DNA of 64,000 nt from Balanoglossus misakiensis (Eukaryota > Animalia > Hemichordata). The stretch covers positions 18,698,303-18,762,302 of the forward strand of contig CM082577.2 of NCBI GenBank assembly GCA_040954595.2. The letters are read 5' to 3'. The notes beneath the pieces were generated by a model. That model made no database searches and had not been told where the DNA came from. It saw only the letters and a list, made by a program, of their open reading frames with translations. This document shows, piece by piece, positions 34,801-49,666 of the stretch. A program made the position numbers and the translations under genes. The first letter of the stretch is position 1, and each line of letters begins with the position of its first letter.

Positions 34801-37328
34801 CTTTCTTTCCGGCTTTCTTTCTTTCTTTATTCTTGTGTCAATTCTTTGGGCAACGAGATCTCAGACACCGCTGCAGGTACACTTCTCAAACTTGCTACAG
34901 TGGTCAAGGTCAATGAGTAGATGTGCAGTGACTTGTGAATACTTAATTAGTCACGTGACCTGGCGGCCATATTGGATTTTCTGAAAAAAATCAAATCTCA
35001 GATCTCAGAAACTACAAGTCAGATCGACTTCAAATTTGGCATGCAGGTAGACTACCTTCTACCCATCATTTTTGTAATTGGAAATTTTGCTGTCAATGTT
35101 GCAGTTTTTTTGCTACAATTTTTTTTCTGAAATCTAGCTTAAATTTCAAAAATCTTCTTCTCCAGAACCGGTGATAAGCGAGACACAAGGTTTGGGGTAT
35201 GTGGTCACCTAACTGATGTCTATCAAGTTTGCGAAGATCATTGTGATTGGTCGGAGATTATGGCGGCCATATTGGATTTTCGAAAAACCATAGTTAAACT
35301 CCAAAAATCTTCTTCTCCAGAACGGGCGATGACTGAGTCGCAAGATTCGGGGAGTATGGTCACTACACTGATGTCTATCAAGTTTGCAAAGAGCATTGTG
35401 ATTGGTCGAAGATTATGGCGGCCATATTGGATTTTGTAAAAAGCAGTGAAAAATTAAAATTCCTTTTTCTAGTATAAAAATTGATAGCATACAAATTATT
35501 TTAATGGATATCATTCGTCATATGACTACAATATGTTATAAATTTTTGGCGATTTTTCACATGACCTTTGACCTACTTTTCACACATTATTATTTCTGCA
35601 TATCTAATTCCAGGCTAACCTATAGGGCTAGACGTTTGGTTTTTGATGCATGTGGATTAGTGTGTGATCAAAATATTTTGCTACTTTTCATGACCCCTTT
35701 GACCTCTGCCGACCTCATTAATTATGTGCATAGCTAATTACAGGCGAACCAATACAGCTAGAGGTTTGGTTTTTGTTGAACATGGACCAGTATGGGGTCA
35801 AAATTTTTTGCCCAAATGTTGGGTGACCTCTGGTGACCTTTGACCTACTTTCGCATATCTCAACGTCCAGAGCAGATACAGCCTTGGCATTTGGCAGGAT
35901 GGGACCTAAATGTAAAGCCAAATTTTTGGATCACCTGTGACACCTGCTGACCTCATTAAATATGCACATACCTAATTACACGCGAACCAATAGAGCTAGA
36001 GTTTTGGCTTTTGTTGGACATGGCCCAGCATGGGTCAAAAATTTTTGCCCAAATGTTGGTGATCTCAGGTGACCTTTGACCTACTTTACCCTATTTCAGC
36101 CGCAAAAATACACACGTCCTTGTTATGTCATGAAATAATACACCCGATAGAAAATTCTGTTTCTTCTCATTCATACTGCGCATATATAATTCAAGATCAG
36201 CGCTTGGGCCCGACAATGCTGCTTGCAGCTTTAATCCTTTTTTTTTTCTTGTGTAGTTTTTTTGCTCAGGTAGATCTTGAAAACGGCTGAAACTACAAAT
36301 CTCAAACTTGGCACAGTGGTGCAGGCCTATGGGAGCTGGTGCAGTACCTTTGTGAATGTTTAATAAGTCATGTGACCTGATGACTATATATGGGCAAAGT
36401 TTTCAAATGGGCCTAATTTGCATATGAATGGAGATATCAAAATTCTTTTAGCAACTTTTGTGGACCATGTGATCAGTGTCCTACATGCCAAATATCAAGG
36501 TCATTGACCAGTATGGGGTTAAAAAAATTTGCCCAAATTCTGGGTGACCTCAGGTGACCTTTGACCTACTTTCCTATATCTCCGCATCCAGAGCAGTTAC
36601 AGACTTGGCGTTTAGAGGGTTGGGACTAAAATTGAAAAGCCAAAATTGGGGGTCACCTGTGACACCTGCTTATCTCATTAATTATGTGCATACCTAATTC
36701 CAGGCTAACCAATAGGGCTAGAGGTTTTGTTCTTGTGGGACATGGACCAGTATGAGGTTAAAAAAATTTGCCCAAATTTTGGGTGACCTCAGGTGACCTT
36801 TGACCTACTGTCCTATATCTCCGCATCAATAGCAGGTACAGACTTGGCGTTCGGAGGGTTGGGACTATAATTGAAAAGCCAAAATTGGGGGTCACCTGTG
36901 ACACCTGCTTATCTCATTAATTATGTGCATACCTAATTCCAGGCTAACCAATAGGGTTAGAGGTTTGATTTTTGTTGAACATGGACCAGTATAGGCTCAA
37001 AATTTCTTGCCCAAATTTTGCATGACCTCAGGTGACCTTTGACCTAATTTTCCATATCTTGGCAACCAGAGCAGGCAAAGACTTGGCGTTTGGAGGGTTG
37101 GGACTAAAATTGAAAAGCCAAAATTTGGGGTCACCAGTGACACCTGCATATCTCATTAATTATGTGCATACCTAATTCCAGGCTAACCAATAGGGCTAGA
37201 GGTCTGGTTTCTGTTGGACCTGCACTAGTATTGGGATCAAAACGTTTTGCCCAAATTTTGGGTGAACACATATGACCTTTGACCTTCGGCTTAAGCTTGT
37301 GCCTGTCATCGCTGCTTGCAGCTATATT

Positions 37329-37644
37329 TAGGGCACAAGCCAAGCAGGCTTGTGCCCTATTGGTATTACTGGTTTTTTTTACGGGCCCAAGCCAAGCCAG
37401 GCTTGGGCCCGTATTGGTTTCGTTGGGTTTTTACGGGCCCAAGCCAAGCCAGGCTTGGGCCCGTATTGGTTTCGTTGGAGTTTTTACGGGCCCAAGCCAA
37501 GCCAGGCTTGGGCCCGTATTGGTTTCGTTGGAATTTTTAGGGCCCAAGCGCACAGCAGCGCTTGGGCCCTATTGGTTTCGTTGGGGTTTTTAGGGCCCAA
37601 GCGCATACCAGCGCTTGGGCCCTATTGGTTTCGTTGGGGTTTTT
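37329..37644 (+). repeat. Stack of six 5' hairpin heads, ~52-bp period
   Basis: Heads at 37329 (GCAC), 37380/37432/37485 (CGGGCCC), 37538/37591 (GCGC). Confidence 0.93.
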
Positions 37645-40600
37645 CTGTCTTTCTTTCTTTCTTTCTTTATTCTTGTGTCATTTCTTTGTCGCTCTAGATC
37701 TCAGACACCGCTGCAGGTACACTTCTCAAACTTGCTACAGTGGTCAAGGTCAATGGGTAGTCGTGCATTCAACTCTTGAATTTTTAATTAGTCACGTGAC
37801 ATGGCGGCCATATTGGATTTTCTGAAAAAATGCAAATCTCAGATCTCAGAAACTACAAGTCAGATCGACTTCAAATTAGGTGTGCAGGTAGTCTACCTTC
37901 TACCCATCATTTTTGTAATTGGATATTTTGCTGTAAATGTTGCAGTTTTTTTGCTACAATTTTTTTTCTGAAATCTGGCTTAAATTTCAAAAATCTTCTT
38001 CTCCAGAACCGGTGATAACCGAGTGACGCGGTTTGGGGTATGTGGTCACCTAACTGATGTCTATCAAGTTTGATAAGAAGCATTGTGATTGGTCGAAGAT
38101 TATGGCGGCCATATTGGATTTTCGAAAAACCATAGTAAAACTGCAAAAATCTTCTTCTCCAGAACGGGCGATAACTGAGTCGCAAGATTCGGGGAGTATG
38201 GTCACAACACTGATGTCTATCAAGTTTGCAAAGAGCATTGTGATTGGTTGAAGATTATGGCGGCCATATTGGATTTTGTAAAAAGCAGTGAAAAATTGAA
38301 ATTCCTTTTCCTAGTCTAAAAATTGACAGCATACAAATTCTTTTCATGGATATCAATCATCATATGACTAAAATATGTTACAAATTTTTGGCGATTTTTC
38401 ACATGACCTTTGACCTACTTATCACGCGTTATTATTTCTGCATATCTAATTCCAGGCTAACCTATAGGGCTAGACTTTTGGTTTTTGATGCATGTGGATT
38501 AGTGTGTGATCAAAATATTTTGCTACTTTTCATGACCCCTTTGACCTCTGCTGACCTCATTAATTATGTACATAGCTAATTACAGGCGAACCAATAGAGC
38601 TAGAGGTTTGGTTTTTGTTGGACATGGACCAGTATGGGATCAAAATTTTTTGCCCAAATGTTGGGTGACCTCTGGTGACCTTTGACCTACTTTCGCATAT
38701 CTCAGCATCTAGAGCAGATACAGCCATGGCATTTTGTAGGATGGGACCAGAATGTAAAGCCACATTTTTGGGTCACCTGTGACACCTGCTGACCTCATTA
38801 AATATGCACATACCTGATTACATCCGAACCAAAAGAGCTAGAGTTTTGGTTTTTGTTGGACATGGACCAGTATGGGTAAAAAAAAATTGCCCAAATGTTG
38901 GGTGACCTTAGGTGACCTTTGACCTACTTCACTCTATTTCAGCAGCAAAAATACACACATCCTTGTTATGTCATGAGATAATACATCCGATAGAAAATTC
39001 TGTTTCTTCTCATTCATACTGTGCATATATAATTCAAGATCAGCGCTTGGGCCCGACAATGCTGCTCGCAGCTTTAATTCTTTCTTTCTTTCTTTATTCT
39101 TGGTTCACTTCTTTGTCGCTCTAGATCTCAGACACCACTGCAGGTACAGTTTTCAAACTTGCTACAGTGGTCAAGGTCAATGAGTAGTCATGCATTGAAC
39201 CCTTGAATTTTTAATTAGTCACGTGACCTGGCGGCCATATTGGAATTTCTGAAAAAATGCAAATCTCAGATCTCAGAAACTACAAGTCAGATCGACTTCA
39301 AATTTGGTGTGCAGGTAGTCTACCTTCTACCCATCATTTTTGTAATTGGATATTTTGCTGTAAATGTTGCAGTTTTTTTGCTACAATTTTTTTTCTGAAA
39401 TCTGGCTTAAATTTCAAAAATCTTCTTCTCCAGAACCGGTGATAACCGAGTGACGCGGTTTGGGGTATGTGGTCACCTAACTGATGTCTATCAAGTTTGA
39501 TAAGAAGCATTGTGATTGGTCGAAGATTATGGCGGCCATATTGGATTTTCGAAAAACGATAGTAAAACTGCAAAAATCTTCTTCTCCAGAACGGGCGATA
39601 ACTGAGTCGCAAGATTCGGGGAGTATGGTCACAACAATGATGTCTATCAAGTTTGCAAAGAGCATTGTGATTGGTCGAAGATTATGGCGGCCAAAATGGA
39701 TTTTGTAAAAAGCAGTGAAAAATTGAAATTCCTTTTCCTAGTCTAAAAATTGACAGCATACAAATTCTTTTCATGGATATCAATCGCCATATGACTAAAA
39801 CATGTTACAAATTTTTGGCGATTTTTCACATGACCTTTGACCTACTTATCACGCGTTATTATTTCTGCATATCTAATTCCAGGCTAACCTATAGGGCTAG
39901 ACTTTTAGTTTTTGATGCATGTGGATTAGTGTGTGATCAAAATATTTTGCTACTTTTCATGACCCCTTTGACCTCTGCTGACCTCATTAATTATGTGCAT
40001 AGCTAATTACAGGCGAACCAATAGAGCTAGAGGTTTGGTTTTTGTTGGACATGTACCAGTATGGGATCAAAATTTTTTTCCCAAATTTTGGGTGACCTCG
40101 GGTGACCTTTGACCTACTTTCGCATATCTCAGCATCCAGAGCAGATACAGCCATGGCATTTGGCAGGATGGGACCAAAATGTAAAGCCTCATTTTTGGGT
40201 CACCTGTGACACCTGCTGACCTCATTAAATATGCACATACCTAATTACAGCCGAACCAATAGAGCTAGAGTTTTGGTTTTTTGTTGGACATGGACCAGTA
40301 TGGGTCAAAAAAATTTGCCCAAATGTTAGGTGACCTCAGGTGACCTTTGACCTACTTCACCCTATTTCAGCAGCAAAAATACACACGTCCTTGTTATGTC
40401 ATGAGATAATACACCCGATAGAAAATTCTGTTTCTTCTCATTCATACTGTGCATATATAATTCGAGATCAGCGCTTGGGCCCGACAATGCTGCTCGCAGC
40501 TTTAATTCTTTCTTTCTTTCTTTCTTTATTCTTGTGTCAATTCTTTGACCCACGAGATCTCAGACACCGCTGCAGGTACACTTCTGAAACTTGCTACAGT

Positions 40601-41938
40601 GGTCAAGGTCAATGAGTAGTCGTGCATTGAACCCTTGAATTTTTAATTAGTCACGTGACCTGGCGGCCATCTTGGATTTTCTGAAAAAATGCAAATCTCA
40701 GATCTCAGAAACTACAAGTCAGATCGACTTCAAATTTGGCATGCTGGTAGACTACCTACTGCCCATCATTTTTGTAATTGGAAATTATGCTGACAAAGTT
40801 GCAGTTTTTTGCTACAATTTTTTTTCTGAAATCTGGCTTAAATTTCAAAAATCTTCTTCTCCAGAACCGGTGATAACCGAGACACAGGGTTTGGTGTATG
40901 TGGTCAGCTAATTGATGTCTATCAAGTTTGCGAAGATCATTGTGATTGGTCAAAGATTTTGGCGGCCATATTGGATTTTCGAAAAACCCTAGTAAAATTT
41001 CAAAAATCTTCTTCTCAAGAACCGGCGATAACCGAGTCACAAGATTTGGTGTGTGTGGTCATTAAACAGATGTCTATCATGTTTGCTAAGAAGAATGTGA
41101 TTGGTCGAAGATTATGGCGGCCATATTGGATTTTGTGAAAAACGATTATAAAGTAAAAATTCCCTTTCTAGCCTAAAAATTGATAGCACAGAAATTCTTT
41201 TTATGGATATGAATCATCATATGACAAGAATAAGCTATAAATATTTTGGTAATTTTGGCAATGACCTTTGACCTACTTTTGACGCATCATTTTTCTGCAT
41301 ATCTAATTCCAGGCTAACCAATAGGGCTATAAGTTTGGTTTTTGATGTATGTGGATTTGTATGTGATTAAAAAATTTTGCTACTTTTCATGACCCCTTTG
41401 ACCTCTGCTGACCTCATTAAATATGCACATACCTAATTACAGATGAACCAATAGACCTAGAGGTTTTGTTTTTGTTATACATGGACCAGTATGGGGTCAA
41501 AATATTTTGCCCAAATGTTGGGTGACCTTGGGTGACCTATGACCTACTTTTGCATATCTTGACATCCACAGCAGATACAGCCTTGGCGTTTGGAGGTATG
41601 GGGCCATAATGAAAAGCCAAAGTTTTAGGTCACCTATGACACCTGCTTAACTCATTATTTATGTGCATACCTAATTCCGGGCTAACCAAAAGGGCTAGAG
41701 GTCTGGTTTTTGTTGGACATGGACCACTATTGGTCAACATTTTCTGCCCAAATTGTGGGTGACCCCTGGGTGACCTTTGACCTACTTAATACTATTTCAG
41801 CACCAAACATAGATATAACCTTGATATTTCATGGGATAAAGCACAGCATTATGTTTCTACTCATTAATTATGTGCATATCTAATAATCAACTCAGATAAT
41901 AGAGCTTGGGCCCGGACAATGCTGCTTGCAGCTTTAAT

Positions 41939-42045
41939 TAGGGCCCAAGCGCTTGCTTGCGCTTGGGCCCTATTGGTTTCGTTGGGGTTTTTAGGGCCCA
42001 AGCGCAAGCAAGCGCTTGGGCCCTATTGGTTTCGTTGGAATTTTT
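41939..42045 (+). repeat. Stack of two GCGC-type hairpin heads with mutually inverted loops
   Basis: GGGCCCAAGCGC-TTGCTT-GCGCTTGGGCCC and GGGCCCAAGCGC-AAGCAA-GCGCTTGGGCCC. Confidence 0.92.
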
Positions 42046-45000
42046 CTTTCTTTCTTTCTTTATTCTCCTGTCAATTCTTCGGCCAACGAGATCTCTGAAA
42101 CTACTGCAGGTACACTGCTCAAACTTGCTACAGTGGTCAAGGTCATTGAGTAGATGTGCAGTGACTTGTGAATACTTAATTAGTCACGTGACCTGGCGGC
42201 CATATTGGATTTTCTGAAAAAATGCAAATCTCAGATCTCAGAAACTACAAGTCAGATCAACTTCAAATTTGGCATGCAGGTAGACTACCTTCTGCCCATC
42301 ATTTTTGTAATCGGAAATTATGCTGTAAAAGTTGCAGTTTTTTTGCTACAATTTTTTTCCTGAAATCTGGCTTAAATTTCAAAAATCTTCTTCTCCAGAA
42401 CCAGTGATAACCGAGTCACGGGGTTTGTGGTATGTGGTCACCTAACTGATGTCTATCAAGTTTGCGAAGATCATTGTGATTGGTCGAAGATTATGGCGGC
42501 CATATTGGATTTTCGAAAAACCATAGTTAAACTCCAAAAATCTTCTTCTCAAGAACGGACGATGACTAAGTCGCAAGATTCGGGGAGTATGGTCACTACA
42601 CTGATGTCTATCAAGTTTACAAAGAGCATTGTGATTGGTCGAAGATTATGGCGGCCATATTGGATTTTGTAAAAAGCAGTGAAAAATTGAAATTCCTTTT
42701 TCTAGTCCAAAAATTGATAGCATACAAATTCTTTTTATGGATATCAATCGTCATGTGACTAAAATATGTTACAATTTTTTGGCGATTTTTCACATGACCT
42801 TTGACCTACTTATCATGCGTTATTATTTCTGCATATCTAATTCCAGGCTAACCTATAGGGCTAGACGTTTGGTTTTTGATGAATGTGGATTAGTGTGTGA
42901 TCAAAATATTTTGCTACTTTTCATGACCCCTTCGACCTCTGCTGACCTCATTAATTATGTGCATAGCTAATTACAGGCGAACCAATAGAGCTAGGGGTTT
43001 GGTTTTTGTTGGACATGGACCAGTATGGGATCAAAATTTTTTGCCCAAATGTTGGGTGACCTCTGGTGACCTTTGACCTACTTTCGCATATCTCAGCATC
43101 CAGAGCAGATACAGCCATAGCATTTGGTAGGATGGGACCAAAATGTAAGGCCACATTTTTGGGTCACCTGTGACACCTGCTGACCTCATTAAATATGCAC
43201 ATACCTAATTACAGGCGAACCAATAGAGCTAGAGTTTTGGTTTTTGTTGGACATGGACCAGTATGGGTCAAAAAAATTGCCCAAATGTCGGGTGACTTCA
43301 GGTGACCTTTGACTTACTTCACCCTATTTCAGCGCAAAAATACACACATCCTTGTTATGTCATGAGATAATACATCCGATAGAAAATTCTGTTTCTTCTC
43401 ATTCATACTGTGCATATATAATTCAAGATCAGCGCTTGGGCCCGACAATGCTGCTCGCAGCTTTAATTCTTTCTTTCTTTCTTTCTTTTTTCTTGTGTCA
43501 ATTCTTCGGCCAACTAAATCTCTGAAACTACTGCAGGTACACTTCTCAAACTTGCTACAGTGGTCAAGGTCAATGAGTAGATGTGCAGTGGCTTGTGAAT
43601 ATTTAATTAGTCACGTGACATGGCGGCCATATTGGATTTTCTGAAAAAATGCAAATCTCAGATCTCAGAAACTACAAGTCAGATCGACTTCAGATTTGGC
43701 GTGCAGGTAGTGTACCTTCAGCCCATCATTTTTGTATTTGGATATTTTGCTGTCAATGTTGCAGTTTTTTTGCTACAGTTGTTTTTCTGAAATCTGGTCA
43801 AAATTTCAAAAATCTTCTTCTCCAGAACCGGCGATAACCAAGTCACGCGGTTTGGGGTATGTGGTCACCTAACTGATGTCTATCAAGTTTGCGAAGATCA
43901 TTGTGATTGGTCGAGGATTATGGCGGCCATATTGGATTTTCGAAAAACCATAGTTAAACTCCAAAAATCTTCTACTCCAGAACGGGCGATGACTGAGTCT
44001 CAAGATTCGGGGAGTATGGTCACTACACTGATGTCTATCAAGTTTGCAAACAGCATTGTGATTGGTCGAAGATTATGGCGGCCATATTGGATTTTGTAAA
44101 AAGCAGTGAAAAATTGAAATTCCTTTTCCTAGTCTAAAAATTGATAGCATACAAATTCTTTTCATGGATCTCAATCGTCATATGACTAAAATATGTTACA
44201 AATTTTTGGCGATTTTTCACATGACCTTTGACCTACTTATCACGCGTTATTATTTCTGCATATCTAATTCCTGGCTAACCTATAGGGCTAGACGTTTGGT
44301 TTTTGATGAATGTGGATTAGTGTGTGATCGAAATATTTTGCTACTTTTCATGACCCCTTTGACCTCTGCTGACCTCATTAATTATGTGCATAGCTAATTA
44401 CAGGCGAACCAATACAGCTAGAGGTTTGGTTTTTGTTGGACAAGGACCAGTATGGGGTCAATTTTTTTTGCCCAAATGTTGGATGACCTCTGGTGACCTT
44501 TGACCTACTTTCGCATATCTCAGCATCCAGAACAGATACAGCCATGGCAGTTGGCAGGATGGGACCAAAATGTAAAGCCACATTTTGGGGTCACCTGTGA
44601 CACCTGCTGACCTCATTAAATATGCACATACCTAATTACAGGCGAACCAATAGAGCTAGAGTTTTGGTTTTTGTTGGACATGGACGAATATGGGTCAAAA
44701 AAAATTTCCCAAAATTTGGGTGACCTCAGGTGACCTTTTACCTACTTTACTCTATTTCTGCAGCAAAAATACAAACGTCCTTGTTATGTCATGAGATAAA
44801 AAACCTGATAGAGCATTCTGTTTCTTCTCATTCATACTGTGCATATATAATTCCGGATCAGCGCTTGGGCCCGACAATGCTGCTTGCAGCTTTAATTCTT
44901 TCTTTATTCTTATGTCAATCTTTGCTCTCCTAGATCTCTGAAACGGCTACAGGTACACTTCTCAAACTTGCTACAGTGGTCAAGGTCAATGAGTAGATGT

Positions 45001-48000
45001 GCAGTGGCTTGTGAATATTTAATTAGTCACGTGACCTGGTGGCCATATTGGATTTTCTGAAAATCTTTAAATGGCTTCTTCTCAAAAACCACAGGGCCAA
45101 TCAAGTTCAAATTTGGTGTATGGTACACATGTCCTCTGCCCTTCAAAGTTTGACAATAAAATCCTGAGCGATCACGTGACTTTGGCCGCCATATTGGATT
45201 TTCAAAAAAGTACAGTAAAATCTTCAAAAATCTTCTTCTCCAGAACCGGCAATAACCGAGTCATGGGATTTAGGGTATGACATCACCTAACTGATGTCTA
45301 TCAAGTTTGCGAAGAGCGTTGTGATTGGTCGAAGATTATGGCGGCCATATTGGATTTTGTAAAAACCAGCGAAAATTAAGAAATCATTTTTCTAGTCTAA
45401 AAATAGATAGCATACAAATTCTTTTTATGGATATGAGTCGTGATATGACTAGAATATGTTGCAAATTTTTTGGCAATTTTCACATGACCTTTGACCTACT
45501 TTTTTAAGAACCTGCATATATGCATATATAGCTCATACTACCTGTTCTAAATGTACCAGAGTTCTGATTTTTGTGCACATTGGTATCACCCCTGCCAGGA
45601 CCTACCCCAAATATTTTGGTAATTTTTGCAATGACCTTTGACCTACTTTTGACACATCGTTTTTTCTGCATATCTAATTCCAGGCTAACCTATAGGGCTA
45701 TCATTTTGGTTTTTGATGTATGTGGATTTGTATGTGATCAAAAAATTTCGCTACTTTTCATGACCCCTTTGACCTCTGCTGACCTCATTAAATATGTGCA
45801 TACCTAATTACAGATGAACCAATAGACCTAGAGGTTTGGTTTCTGTTGGACATGGACCAGTATTGGGTCAAAAATTTTTGCCCAAATGTTGGGTGACCTC
45901 GGGTGACCTTTGACCTACTTTTGCATATCTCGACATCCACCGCAGATACAGCCTTGGCGTTTGGAGGTATGGGGCCATAATGAAAAGCCAAAGTTTTGGG
46001 TCACCTGTGACACCTGCTTAACTCATTATTTATGTGCATACCTAATTCCGGGCTAACAAAAAGGGCTAGAGGTCTGGTTTTTGTTGGACATGGACCACTA
46101 TGGGTCAAAATTTTCTGCCCAAATTTTGGGTGACCTCAGATGACCTTTGACCTACTTAACACTATATCAGCACCAAACATAGATATAACCTTGATATTTC
46201 ATGGGATGAAACACAGCATTATGTTTCTACTCATTAATTATGTGCATATCTAATAATCTGATCAGATAATAGAGCTTGGGCCCGGACAATGCTGCTTGCA
46301 GCTTTAATTTCTTTCTTTCTTTATTCTTATGTCAATTCTTTGCTCTCCTAGATCTCTGAAACGGCTACAGGTACACTTCTCAAACTTGTTACAGTGGTCA
46401 AGGTCAATGAGTAGATGTGCAGTGGCTTGTGAATATTTAATTAGTCACGTGACCTGGCGGCCATATTGGATTTTCTGAAAATCTTTAAATGGCTTCTTCT
46501 CAAAAACCACAGGGCCAATCAAGTTCAAATTTGGTGTATGGTACACATGTCCTCTGGCCTTCAAAGTTTGACAATAAAATCCTGAGCGGTCACGTGACTT
46601 TGGCCGCCATATTGGATTTTCGAAAAAGTACAGTAAAATCTTCAAAAATCTTCTTCTCCAGAACCGGCAATAACCGAGTCATGGGATTTAGGGTATGACA
46701 TCACCTAACTGATGTCTATCAAGTTTGCGAAGAGCATTGTGATTGGTCGAAGATTATGGCGGCCATATTGGATTTTGTTAAAACCAGTGAAAATTAAGAA
46801 ATCATTTTTCTAGTCTAAAAATAGATAGCATACAAATTCTTTTTATGGATATGAGTCGTCATATGACTAAAATATGTTGCAAATATTTTGGCAATTTTCA
46901 CATGACCTTTGACCTACTTTTTTAAGAACCTGCATATATGCATATATAGCTCATACTACGTGTTCTAAATGTACCAGAGTTCTGATTTTTGTGCACATTG
47001 GTATCACCCCTGCCAGGACCTACCCCAAATATTTTGGTAATTTTGGCAATGACCTTTGACCTACTTTTGACACATCATTTTTTCTGCATATCTAATTCCA
47101 GGCTAACCTATAGGGCTATCATTTTGGTTTTTGATGTATGTGGATTTGTATGTGATCAAAAAATTTCGCTACTTTTCATGACCCCTTTGACCTCTGCTGA
47201 CCTCATTAAATATGCGCATACCTAATTACAGATGAACCAATAGACCTAGAGGTTTGGTTTTTGTTGGACATGGACCAGTATTGGGTCAAAATTTTCTGCC
47301 CAAATTTTGGGCGACCTGCTTAACTCATTATTTATGTGCATACCTAATTCCGGGCTAACCAAAAGGGCTAGAGGTCTTGTTTTTGTTGAACATGGACCAC
47401 TATGGGTCAAAATTTTCTGCCCAAATTTTAGGTGACCTCAGATGACCTTTGACCTAATTTTGCATATCTCTGCATCCAAAGCAGGTACAGCCTTGGCATT
47501 TGGAATATGGGGCCATAATGAAAAGCCAAAGTTTTGGGTCACCAGTGACACCTGCTTAACTCATTATTTATGTGCATACCTAATTCCGGGCTAACCAAAA
47601 GGGCTAGAGGTCTGGTTTTTGTTGGACATGGACCACTATGGGTAAAATTTTCTGCCCAAATTGTGGGTGACCTCTGGGAGACCTTTGACCTACTTAACAC
47701 TATATCAGCACCAAACATAGATATAACCTTGATATGTCATGGGATAAAACACAGCATTATGTTTCTACTCATTAATTATGTGCAGATCAGATAATAGAGC
47801 TTGGGCCCGGACAATGCTGCTTGCAGCTTTAATCTTTTTTTTTTTTCTTGTGTCGTTTTTTTGCCCAACAGGATCTTGAAAACGGCTGAACCTACAAATC
47901 TCAAACGTGGCACAGTGGTGCAGGCCTATGAGAGCTGGTGCTGTACCCTCGTGAATGTTTAATAAGTCATGTGACCTGATGACCATATATGGGCAAAGTT

Positions 48001-49666
48001 TTCAAATGGGCCTAATTTGCATATGAATGGAGATATCAAAATTCTTTTAGCGATTTTTGCAGACCATGTGGTCAGTGTCCTACATGCCAAATGTCAAGGC
48101 CGTGGGCCAAGTCTATTTTGAGAAGAAGATTTTTTTATTTTTCATATTTTTGGACCCAGCCATAGGCCTATACTCTCTATAGTTAAGCTATCACGCTATG
48201 TCCACGTTGGCTGTGCAATGGTCCTGTACAGTGACTCTCTATTGGCCCGTCAGCAGAATGGGACCACAATAAAAGGCAACATTTTGGGCTCACCTGTAAC
48301 ACCTGCTTAACTCATTAATTATGTGCATACCTAATTCCAGGCTAACTAATAGGGCTAGAGGTTTTGTTCTTGTGGGGCATGGACCAGTATGGGATCAAAC
48401 ATTTTTGCCCAAATTTTGGGTGACCTCAGGTGACCTTTGACCTACTTTCCTATATCTCGGCATCCACAGCAGGTACAGACTTGGCGTTTGGAGGGTTGTG
48501 ACTAAAATTGAAAAGACAAAATACAAGGTCACCTGTGACACCTGCTTATCTCATTAATTATGTGCATACCTAATTCCACGCTAACCAATGGGGTTAGAGG
48601 TTTGATTTTTGTTGAACATGGACCAGTATAGGGTCAAAATTTCTTGCCCAAATTTTGCATGACCTCAGGTGACCTTTGACCTAATTTACCATATCTTGGC
48701 AACCAGAGCAGGCACAGACTTGGCGTTTGGAGGGTTGGGACTAAAATTGAAAAGCCAAAATTGGGGGTCACCTGTGACACCTGCATATCTCATTAATTAT
48801 GTGCATACCTAATTCCAGGCTAACCAATAGGGCTAGAGGTTTTGTTCTTGTGGGACATGGATCAGTATGGGGTCAAAAATTTTGCCCAAATTTTGGGTGA
48901 CCTCAGGTGACATTTGACCTACTTTGCCATATCTCGGCATCCAGAACAGGTACAGCATTTGTGTTTTGATGGATTGAACTATTAATGGAGTCTTACACTT
49001 TACATCATTAATTATGTGCATATCTAATTTCAGACAAACCAATAGGGCTAGAGGTCAGGTTTCTGTTGGACCTGGACTAGTATGGGGTCAAAAAATTTTG
49101 CCCAAATTTTGGGTGACCACATATGACCATTGACCTACGGCTTAAGCTTGTGCCCGTCATCGCTGCTTGCAGCTATATTTCTTTCCGTCTTTATTCTTAT
49201 GTCAATTCTTTGCTCTCCTAGATCTCTGAAACGGCTACAGGTCACTTCTCAAACTTGCTACAGTGGTCAAGGTCAATGAGTAGATGTGCAGTGGCTTGTG
49301 AATACTTAATTAGTCACGTGACCTGGCGGCCATATTGGATTTTCTGAAAATCTTTAAATGGCTTCTTCTCAAAAACCACAGGGCCAATCAAGTTCAAATT
49401 TGGTGTATGGTACACATGTCCTCTGCCCTTCAAAGTTTGACAATAAAATCCTGAGCGGTCACGTGACTTTGGCCGCCATATTTGATTTTCGAAAAAGTAC
49501 AGTAAAATCTTCAAAAATCTTCTTTTCCAGAACCGGAAATAACCGAGTCATGGGATTTAGGGTATGACATCACCTAACTGATGTCTATCAAGTTTGCGAA
49601 GACCGTTGTGATTGGTCGAAGGTTATGGCGGCCATATTGGATTTTGTAAAAACCAGTGAAAATTAA

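Noticed and set aside
37329-37644. Palindromic ~52-bp periodic array resembling a CRISPR array (also 34535, 51675, 59108)
   Set aside because: No unique spacers, no cas genes, eukaryotic context; each unit is a transposon 5' end with a matching body downstream.
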